Shown: positions 25,652 through 32,000 of the stretch, piece after piece
Numbering within the stretch: position 1 is the stretch's first letter
Layout of the letters: every line of letters begins with the position of its first letter
From: Gammaproteobacteria bacterium
Lineage (GTDB): Bacteria > Pseudomonadota > Gammaproteobacteria > Xanthomonadales > Rhodanobacteraceae
Assembly: GCA_021324095.1 (NCBI GenBank)
Contig: JAJPJT010000005.1
Coordinates: forward strand, 1-32,000
Length of the DNA: 32,000 nucleotides
Direction: 5' to 3'
Made by a program: the position numbers and the translations under genes
The notes under the pieces: model-generated
What the model was told of the DNA's origin: nothing
Database searches by the model: none
The model's input: only the letters and a program-made list of their open reading frames with translations

Positions 25652-27184
25652 ATGATTTTTTGGCGCGTCAAGCCTCTCGACCAGATCCTCGCCACCGCCG
25701 AAAAGAAATCGCTGAAACGCCAGCTTGGGCCCATCCAGTTGACCCTCCTTGGCATTGGCGCGGTGATCGGCACCGGCATTTTCGTGTTGACGGCCGAAGC
25801 CGCGCAGAAGGCCGGCCCCGGCATGATGCTTTCGTTCGTGATCGCGGCGATCGTGTGCGGACTCGCCGCCCTCGCCTACGCCGAACTCGCGGCGATGGTG
25901 CCGGTGTCCGGTTCCGCGTACACCTACTCGTACGGCGTGATGGGCGAACTGGTCGCGTGGATCGTCGGGTGGGCGCTGGTGCTTGAATACGCGATCGGCG
26001 CAACGGCCGTATGCGTCGGCTGGTCCGGCTACGTGAACGGATTGCTCAACAGCGGCGTCTTCGGGTTGGTCAAGCCGGGCGCGTTGTCGCTCCCGCATTG
26101 GCTGCAGGTCGGCCCGACGCTTGGCGGCGGCTTCAACCTGCTGGCGTTCCTGATCGGCGTTGCAGTGACGGGCCTGCTGGTGATCGGCACGTCCAAGAGC
26201 GCGCGCGTGAATGCGGCGCTGGTGGCGATCAAGATCATCGCGCTCACCGCGTTCGTCGTGATTGCGGTACCGGCGGTCAGGAATGCGAACCTGCACCCGT
26301 TCCTGCCGACTGGCTGGGGCAATCCGCTCGGCAGCAATGGCATAGGCGTGCTGGGCGCGGCGGCGTCGATCTTCTTCGCCTATGTCGGGTTCGACGCGGT
26401 CTCCACCGCGGCCGAGGAAACCCGCAACCCCAACCGCAACATCCCGATCGGCCTGATCGGCGCGCTGCTGATCTGCACCATCTTCTACCTGCTCGTGGGT
26501 TACGGCGCGGCGGGCTCGGTCGGCGCACAGCCACTGACGAACGCGGCCGGTGCGTTCCTGGACCCGGGCACGCCTTCCTTCGCAGCGGCGTGCGGCAATT
26601 CGCAGGCGCTGGTCTGCAGCCGCGAACCGCTGGCTCAGGTGATGAGCACGCTCGGGCATCCGTGGATCGCCATCTTGATCGAGGCCGCGGCAATCGTGGC
26701 GCTGCCCTCGGTGATCCTCGTGATGATGTTCGGGCAGACCCGCATCTTCTTCACGATGTCGCGCGATGGGCTGCTGCCCAACATGTTTTCCAGGGTCCAC
26801 CCGAAGTTCTTCACGCCGCACGTGATCACCTACATCACCGGCACCGTGGTGTCGCTGTGCGCGGCGCTGTTCCCGGTCGGGAAGCTCGCCGACACGTCCA
26901 ACGCCGGTACCTTGCTCGCTTTCGCGATGGTTTCGGTGGGCGTGATGATCCTGCGCCGCACGCAACCCGGCCGGAAGCGGCCGTTCCGCACGCCGCTGGT
27001 CTGGATCGTGTGTCCGCTCGCCGTCGCCGGCTGCCTGTTGCTGTTCGTCAACCTCAGCGGCGTCGCCAAGGGTGTGTTCCTGGCGTGGGCCGCGATCGGG
27101 CTGGTCTTCTACCGCCTGTACGGCTACCGTCGCAGCCAGATGTCGCCCGAACAGATCACCCAGGCACTGGAAGACGTGGCGTGA
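25652..27184 (+). CDS. APC-superfamily amino-acid permease (cationic amino-acid transporter-like)
   Basis: LTLLGIGAVIGTGIFVLTAEAA...YAELAAMVPVSGSAYTYSY, about 12-14 TM segments. ATG 25652 lies 5 nt after GGAG; GTG 25646 is an alternative. Confidence 0.88.
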   Translation: MIFWRVKPLDQILATAEKKSLKRQLGPIQLTLLGIGAVIGTGIFVLTAEAAQKAGPGMMLSFVIAAIVCGLAALAYAELAAMVPVSGSAYTYSYGVMGELVAWIVGWALVLEYAIGATAVCVGWSGYVNGLLNSGVFGLVKPGALSLPHWLQVGPTLGGGFNLLAFLIGVAVTGLLVIGTSKSARVNAALVAIKIIALTAFVVIAVPAVRNANLHPFLPTGWGNPLGSNGIGVLGAAASIFFAYVGFDAVSTAAEETRNPNRNIPIGLIGALLICTIFYLLVGYGAAGSVGAQPLTNAAGAFLDPGTPSFAAACGNSQALVCSREPLAQVMSTLGHPWIAILIEAAAIVALPSVILVMMFGQTRIFFTMSRDGLLPNMFSRVHPKFFTPHVITYITGTVVSLCAALFPVGKLADTSNAGTLLAFAMVSVGVMILRRTQPGRKRPFRTPLVWIVCPLAVAGCLLLFVNLSGVAKGVFLAWAAIGLVFYRLYGYRRSQMSPEQITQALEDVA

Positions 27185-27297
27185 TGCCGCGCGCAGATGA
27201 TCACGCGGCGAGCCTGCCGGCTCGCCCGCGCATGCTTGCTTTGTCCCGTCTGACGGTCACCGCGTACGCGGCTGGCCGACGCGCGTAACCGGAATCC

Positions 27298-28779
27298 GTG
27301 GCCGTCCTGCAACAACTGCTGGCGCGCAAGGCGGTCGGCGAAATGGCCGAATCGGGCGACGCGCACGGCGTGCAGTTGCGCCGGACGCTGGGACCTTGGG
27401 GCCTGACGGCGCTGGGAATTGGCGCCGTCATCGGCGGCGGCATCTTCGTGATCACCGGACAGGCCGCGGCCGAGCACGCCGGCCCGGCCGTGCTGCTGTC
27501 GTTCGTGATCGCGGCCGTCGTCTGCAGTTTCACTGCGCTTTGCTACGCCGAGTTCGCGACGCTGATCCCGATGTCGGGCAGCTCGTATTCCTACGCGTAC
27601 GCGACGCTGGGCGAGTTCGTCGCCTGGTTCATCGGCTGGAACATGGTGCTCGAGTACGGCGTGTCGGCGTCGGCGGTCGCGGTGAGCTGGACGGGCTACT
27701 TTCGGAGCCTGGTGGAACACCTCGGCTTCCATCTGCCGGCCGCGCTCACCAACGCGCCCATCGCGTTCGTGGACAAGCACCTCATCGTCACAGGCGCCCT
27801 GTTGAACCTGCCCGCCGTGGTGCTCGTGCTGCTGCTGACGTGGCTGTGCTATGTCGGCATCCGGGAGTCCAGCGGCGTCAACAGCGCGATCGTGATGTTG
27901 AAGGTGGCCTTGATCATCATCGTGATCCTTGCCGGCTGGCACTATGTCAAGCCGGAGCTGTGGCATCCCTTTATCCCCCCGGCCGTGGGACCGGAAAAAT
28001 ACGGTTGGGGCGGGATCATGCGTGCCGCGACGATCGTGTTCTTCGCTTACATCGGCTTCGAAGCCACGTCCACCGCCGCGCAGGAAGCCAAGAACCCGCA
28101 ACGCGATTTGCCCATCAGCACCTTGGCGTCGCTCGCGATCTGTACGGTCTTGTACGTTGCGATGGCGGCGGTACTCACCGGCCTGATTCCGTTCGTGAAA
28201 CTCGGCACGGCCGAACCGGTCGTGACGGCGGTGGCCGCGCACCCGCAACTGAACTGGCTCCGCTGGCTGGTGGAAGTCGGCGCGTTGTTGGGGCTGGGGT
28301 CCGTGGTTCTGGTGATGGTCATCGCGCAACCCCGCATCTTCATGATGATGGGCGCCGACGGCATGCTGCCCCCGGTATTCTCGAAACTGCACCCGCGCTA
28401 CCGCACCCCGCACATCAACACGCTGATCACCGGCGCCGGCATCGCGCTGCTCGCCGCGGTGTTTCCGCTGGACGTGCTGGGCGACCTAGTGTCGATGGGC
28501 ACCCTGCTGGCCTTCGTCGCAGTGTGCTCGGGCGTGCTCATCTTGCGCTATACCCGTCCCGACCTGCCGCGTCCGTTCCGGGTGCCATGGGCCCCTTTGA
28601 TCTGTACTCTCGGGGTGCTCGGCTGCATCGGGCTGCTGTGCTACGAAAATTGGTACAACTGGACCTTGATGGGCCTGTGGACGCTGCTCGGCTTCGCGAT
28701 CTATTTCGGCTACGGCTTCCGGCACAGCAAATTGCGCGGCGCCGCGGAGAGCCCCCGCGTCCAAGCGGTTCGCGAGTAG
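27298..28779 (+). CDS. APC-superfamily amino-acid permease, paralogue
   Basis: LTALGIGAVIGGGIFVITGQAA...YAEFATLIPMSGSSYSYAY. GTG start. Confidence 0.85.
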   Translation: MAVLQQLLARKAVGEMAESGDAHGVQLRRTLGPWGLTALGIGAVIGGGIFVITGQAAAEHAGPAVLLSFVIAAVVCSFTALCYAEFATLIPMSGSSYSYAYATLGEFVAWFIGWNMVLEYGVSASAVAVSWTGYFRSLVEHLGFHLPAALTNAPIAFVDKHLIVTGALLNLPAVVLVLLLTWLCYVGIRESSGVNSAIVMLKVALIIIVILAGWHYVKPELWHPFIPPAVGPEKYGWGGIMRAATIVFFAYIGFEATSTAAQEAKNPQRDLPISTLASLAICTVLYVAMAAVLTGLIPFVKLGTAEPVVTAVAAHPQLNWLRWLVEVGALLGLGSVVLVMVIAQPRIFMMMGADGMLPPVFSKLHPRYRTPHINTLITGAGIALLAAVFPLDVLGDLVSMGTLLAFVAVCSGVLILRYTRPDLPRPFRVPWAPLICTLGVLGCIGLLCYENWYNWTLMGLWTLLGFAIYFGYGFRHSKLRGAAESPRVQAVRE

Positions 28780-29003
28780 ATCGCAGTCTTCAGCTGCGAC
28801 TGTCCGGCGCGCGTTTGAAGCGACCGTCGGCTGTTTGTTCCCTCTGCTCACCAGCTCGCGACTGCGGGTCGGGCGAGTCTTGGTTGCAGTCGAAATGTAC
28901 GCGCGCGTACTGTGGATAAGTCTCGAATCAACGAAACATTAACTCTTCAAGTTACTGAAAAACAAAGCAAAAAAATTTCACCTCGAAAACCGGTTTGTCA
29001 ATC

Positions 29004-29032
29004 TTGGCCACTGCTGATCCCCGCGCTATGAT
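29004..29032 (+). promoter_or_regulatory. Candidate sigma70 promoter with an A-rich UP-like tract upstream
   Basis: TTGGCC-17 nt-TATGAT, preceded by aaaaacaaagcaaaaaaattt (28958-28978). No ORF follows it. Confidence 0.3.
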
Positions 29033-29383
29033 GCGTCCTCCGAGGGATTTCCCATTGGCAGTGGACCCCGGACCGTTGCCCGGTGCGGCAGGCGTAGTCA
29101 GCTCCTCCGCTTGCCGTATCCGGGCAGCAACTTCTCAAGCGCTCCCGACCGGTCTTCGCGCATTCGCATCGCATGCGCAGTGACTGCTTTGCGCGGAGCA
29201 GCCGGGACGACTACCGCACCTGCGAAGCGCGGGGCGAGAATGTCGTTCTTGGGTTCGACTGAACGAAGCATTCGCGAAATGGTGGTGGCATTCCGCGAAC
29301 GCGGGACTCTCAGACGCGTTGTCGGAAATCTGTTGCGTTTACGCGGGTGCAAGCGCACCCGATCCGGCAGGCCTACAAGGCCA

Positions 29384-29710
29384 TCAGCTCTTGGCTTGAT
29401 ACCCGGAACACCAGCCTTTGGCGTTGACGTCGAACCCCGGGAAAATCGCGCAGGGACCCCAAGCCTCGCCGGCCTTGCCCTGGAAGTGCACGCATTTCGA
29501 ACACTCCTCCCCCGGCTTGTGCGGCGCCACCGCCTTGGTGTTGTCGTCGACGTAATGCAACGCCTTGGCCGTGGCGTTCGTCGAGGCACTGAGGTGGGGC
29601 AGTGCTGCCCATACACGGCGTGGCAACGATCCCAGCAATACCATCGCCGCCGCGGCGCCACCCGCGAGTTTCAGAAAGCGACGGCGGGGAGATGCGGTTT
29701 CCTCACTCAT
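29384..29710 (-). CDS. High-potential iron-sulfur protein (HiPIP) with Tat signal
   Basis: Twin-arginine motif SPRRRFLK. The Cys pattern is C-x2-C...C...W-C (ECSKCVHF...GPCAIF...GWCSGY). AGGAG lies 7 nt upstream. Confidence 0.88.
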   Translation of the reverse strand: MSEETASPRRRFLKLAGGAAAAMVLLGSLPRRVWAALPHLSASTNATAKALHYVDDNTKAVAPHKPGEECSKCVHFQGKAGEAWGPCAIFPGFDVNAKGWCSGYQAKS

Positions 29711-29839
29711 TTTCGGCTCCTCTCATGACTGATGACACCGGGCACTCCGCGCATGGTACGCCCGCAGCGCCCGGACCGCATCGTTTTTCGACCGTAAGCG
29801 CGTGCTACATTCAGACGCCTGAACGAGCCTCGCGCCAGC

Positions 29840-30487
29840 ATGCCCCTCTCGTCCGCACGACTTGCCAAGCGTCTGCGCGCATGCGGTGAGGAAATTGCCC
29901 GCACCGGCGCCGAGTTGGCTGCACGCGGATGGACGCCTGCTACCAGCAGCAATTTTTCGATGCGGATCGACGACACCACGGTCGCGGTCACCGTGTCCGG
30001 TCGTGACAAGGGCACGTTGACGCCCGATGACGTCATGGCCGTGGATCTCGATGGCCAGCCGCTCCTCGCGAACCAGCGTCCTTCAGCCGAGACCGCCTTG
30101 CATCTGCAGCTCTACCGACGCCAGCCGGGAACCGGCGCCGTATTGCACACGCACTCGCACAACCAGACGGTCGCCTCGCGGCTGTTTGCGTGCGAGGGCG
30201 TGGTCGCACTGCAGGGATGGGAATTGCAAAAGGCGCTGACCGGCTACACCAGCCACGCCAGCCGGCTCGATCTGCCGGTGTTCCCGAACTCGCAGGAGAT
30301 GCCGGAAATCGAGGAGAAGGTTTCCGCCTGGCTGGACGCGGGTAATCCGTTGTACGCCTACCTCATCGAGGGTCACGGGCTTTACACTTGGGGACGCAGC
30401 ATGGCGGAAGCCAGACGCCATCTGGAAGCGCTGGAATTCCTCTTGGCCTGCGAACTCGATCTGAAACGTCTCCGAGGTGTTCCATGA
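29840..30487 (+). CDS. mtnB: Methylthioribulose-1-phosphate dehydratase (class II aldolase/adducin fold)
   Basis: GWTPATSSNFSMRID...VSGRDKG...SAETALHLQLY...AVLHTHS. It is in operon context with mtnD/mtnC. Confidence 0.88.
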   Translation: MPLSSARLAKRLRACGEEIARTGAELAARGWTPATSSNFSMRIDDTTVAVTVSGRDKGTLTPDDVMAVDLDGQPLLANQRPSAETALHLQLYRRQPGTGAVLHTHSHNQTVASRLFACEGVVALQGWELQKALTGYTSHASRLDLPVFPNSQEMPEIEEKVSAWLDAGNPLYAYLIEGHGLYTWGRSMAEARRHLEALEFLLACELDLKRLRGVP

Positions 30488-31029
30488 GCCGCCTGCGCGT
30501 TTATGACCAGCACGATCCCGGGCACCCGGTCGCGACCCACCTGGACCACGCCGCGATCGCGCGCACGCTGGGCGAAGTCGGTGTGCGCTTCGAACGTTGG
30601 GAAGCGAACAAACCGGTCGCTCCGGGCGCGTCGCAGGACGCGGTCATCGCGGCCTATCACGACGATATCGAACGCCTCAAGCTCGAAAAGGGCTATCGGG
30701 CCGTGGATGTCATATCGCTTACCTCCGACCACCCGCAAAAAGATGCCTTGCGGCAAAAGTTCCTCTCCGAACATACCCACTCGGAGGATGAGGTGCGCTT
30801 CTTCGTGGCCGGCCAGGGCCAATTCACCCTGCACATCGGCGAACGCATCTACGACGTGTTGTGTGAACAAGGCGACCTCATCGGCGTGCCCGATGGTACC
30901 CGTCACTGGTTCGACATGGGCCCGAATCCGCATTTCGTCGCGATTCGCCTGTTCACCAACCCGGAAGGCTGGGTGGCGAATTTCACGGGTGAGGACATCG
31001 CGGAACGCTTCCCGCGCCTGGAGAACTGA
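30484..31029 (+). CDS. mtnD: Acireductone dioxygenase
   Basis: The start overlaps the mtnB stop as ATGA. ARD motifs are FLSEHTHSEDEVRFFVAGQGQF...GVPDGTRHWFD...IRLFTNPEGW. Confidence 0.9.
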   Translation: MSRLRVYDQHDPGHPVATHLDHAAIARTLGEVGVRFERWEANKPVAPGASQDAVIAAYHDDIERLKLEKGYRAVDVISLTSDHPQKDALRQKFLSEHTHSEDEVRFFVAGQGQFTLHIGERIYDVLCEQGDLIGVPDGTRHWFDMGPNPHFVAIRLFTNPEGWVANFTGEDIAERFPRLEN

Positions 31030-31040
31030 AGAGCAATGGT

Positions 31041-31124
31041 CCGCGAAGGACGCCAAGTACGCGAAGAAACATCAACCGCCTGGATCCATTCGAAGCGTTT
31101 TCGCGTTCTTCGCGTCCTTTGCGG
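31041..31124. repeat. Inverted repeat whose arms are three ~9-10-bp sub-repeats (CGCGAAG-type)
   Basis: ccgCGAAGgaCGCCAAGtaCGCGAAGaaac ... gttttCGCGttCTTCGCGtcCTTTGCGg. Confidence 0.75.
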
Positions 31125-31170
31125 ATAAACGCTCCTTGCGGGCTGAAACACGAGATCGAGAAATCAGGGC

Positions 31171-31665
31171 ATGTCCTATTTGCGAAAATCGCTGGCCCCG
31201 GGCGAAACCATCGTGGCGATTTTCCGGCTGCACTGGTCGATGTGGATCCGCTTCTGGATCGTGGTCGTGCTGGGGATCATCGCCGTGGTGGCGTTGCTTT
31301 GGATACGGCTCCAGTGGGCGCAGTGGGGCGCATTGGCCGCCGCGATCATCGCCATTCTGATTGCCGGATATCAATGGCTGTGGTTGCGTGGAATCGAGCA
31401 GGCGGTCACCAACCGCCGCGTGGTCCGCAAGACGGGCATCGTGTCGCGCACGACGACCGAACTCAGGCTGGCCTCGATCGAAACCGTCGATCTGCGCCAG
31501 AGCTTCTGGGGCCGCATCTTCGGGTTTGGCAACGTGGAAATCACCGGCCGCGGGGAGACGGCCATGGTGCTCGACCGCATCGCGCATCCGATCCAGGTGA
31601 AGCGCGACATCGAGAGCGCCTACTCCAGCCATATCGGAACGCAGCAAGCCGGCGCCGTGGCATGA
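31171..31665 (+). CDS. Membrane-anchored bacterial PH-domain (bPH_2/YdbS-like) protein
   Basis: Two N-terminal TM helices are followed by ITNRRVVRKTGIVSRTTTELRLASIETVDLRQSFWGRIFGFGNVEI. Confidence 0.75.
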   Translation: MSYLRKSLAPGETIVAIFRLHWSMWIRFWIVVVLGIIAVVALLWIRLQWAQWGALAAAIIAILIAGYQWLWLRGIEQAVTNRRVVRKTGIVSRTTTELRLASIETVDLRQSFWGRIFGFGNVEITGRGETAMVLDRIAHPIQVKRDIESAYSSHIGTQQAGAVA

Positions 31666-32000
31666 GCAGTGCGCAGGCAAGCGGCGTGCGCGCCGTTCTC
31701 ACCGATATCGAGGGCACCACCAGTTCGATCAAGTTCGTGAAGGACGTGCTGTTTCCCTATTCGCGCCAGCATCTGCCGCGCTTCGTGGAGACCCACCGCG
31801 ACGATCCTGAAGTCACCCGCTGGCTCGACGCCACCGCACGCCGGGCAGGCATCGACGACCCGCATTCGCGGCGCGTGATCGACACCCTGCTGCGCTGGAT
31901 CGATGAGGACCGCAAGTTCACCCCGCTCAAGGCATTGCAGGGAATGATCTGGAAAACCGGCTACGAAGCCGGAGATTACCGCGCACACGTCTACCCTGAG
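31662..32000 (+). CDS. mtnC: Enolase-phosphatase E1 (HAD family); 3' end runs off the window
   Basis: The start overlaps the upstream stop as ATGA. It reads AVLTDIEGTTSSIKFVKDVLFPY...LKALQGMIWKTGY. It is not in the ORF track because no stop lies in the window. Confidence 0.88.
   Translation, partial: MSSAQASGVRAVLTDIEGTTSSIKFVKDVLFPYSRQHLPRFVETHRDDPEVTRWLDATARRAGIDDPHSRRVIDTLLRWIDEDRKFTPLKALQGMIWKTGYEAGDYRAHVYPE

Noticed and set aside
28973-29001. Minus-strand promoter using the perfect TTGACA (reverse complement of 28996-29001), and a sigma54-type TGGCC-N-TGC at 29005-29017.
   Set aside because: No acceptable -10 lies at 16-18 nt (AAATTT/GAAATT). The GG/GC spacing does not fit the -24/-12 consensus.
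29230-29262. tmRNA-like 5' end: GGGGCGAGAATGTCGTTCTTGGGTTCGAC.
   Set aside because: There is no tRNA-like 3' half (T-arm, ...CCA context), no tag-peptide reading frame ending in a typical ANDENYALAA-like tag, and no matching acceptor pairing.
29245-29262. tRNA T-arm-like GGTTCGACT.
   Set aside because: There is no 5-bp T-stem, no acceptor or anticodon arms, and no cloverleaf can be drawn.
28995-29728. Small or overlapping ORFs in the ORF-free region: 28995-29183(+), 29111-29728(+) and 29098-29661(-).
   Set aside because: They have no SD and use a TTG or weak start. 29111-29728 runs entirely antisense through the well-supported HiPIP gene, and their composition is shadow-frame-like.

Overview
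High-GC (roughly two-thirds G+C) gammaproteobacterial chromosome, Xanthomonadales/Rhodanobacter-like by gene content and repeat types (inference). The backbone is branched-chain amino-acid catabolism. It runs from a partial fused isobutyryl-CoA mutase (icmF, minus strand, off the left edge) through leucine dehydrogenase, isovaleryl-CoA dehydrogenase, a thiolase, both methylcrotonyl-CoA carboxylase subunits, methylglutaconyl-CoA hydratase, HMG-CoA lyase and a type-2 3-hydroxyacyl-CoA dehydrogenase. Then come an EF-P-like protein, two paralogous APC amino-acid permeases, a Tat-HiPIP, and a methionine-salvage operon (mtnB-mtnD-[bPH gene]-mtnC, off the right edge). This catabolic cluster is a mosaic. 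It is interrupted by a lipoprotein-type S8 autotransporter, a Fur-box-controlled cupredoxin/FTR1 pair, two tandem cupins, a GxxExxY (PD-(D/E)XK) gene bounded by inverted repeats, a TPR-sulfotransferase and a GNAT. No rRNA, tRNA, CRISPR array, transposase or integrase was found. The most unusual content is non-genic. At least six families of short palindromic or tandem repeats fill most intergenic gaps, and two ~137-bp copies plus three heptamer arrays lie in-frame inside icmF. A gene-less derivative of the GxxExxY element lies 5 kb from the full copy. A 600-bp ORF-free region with an AT-rich core is a candidate structured RNA. Most long ORFs in the supplied track are GC-driven shadow frames, and many true starts are internal to the listed longest ORFs.
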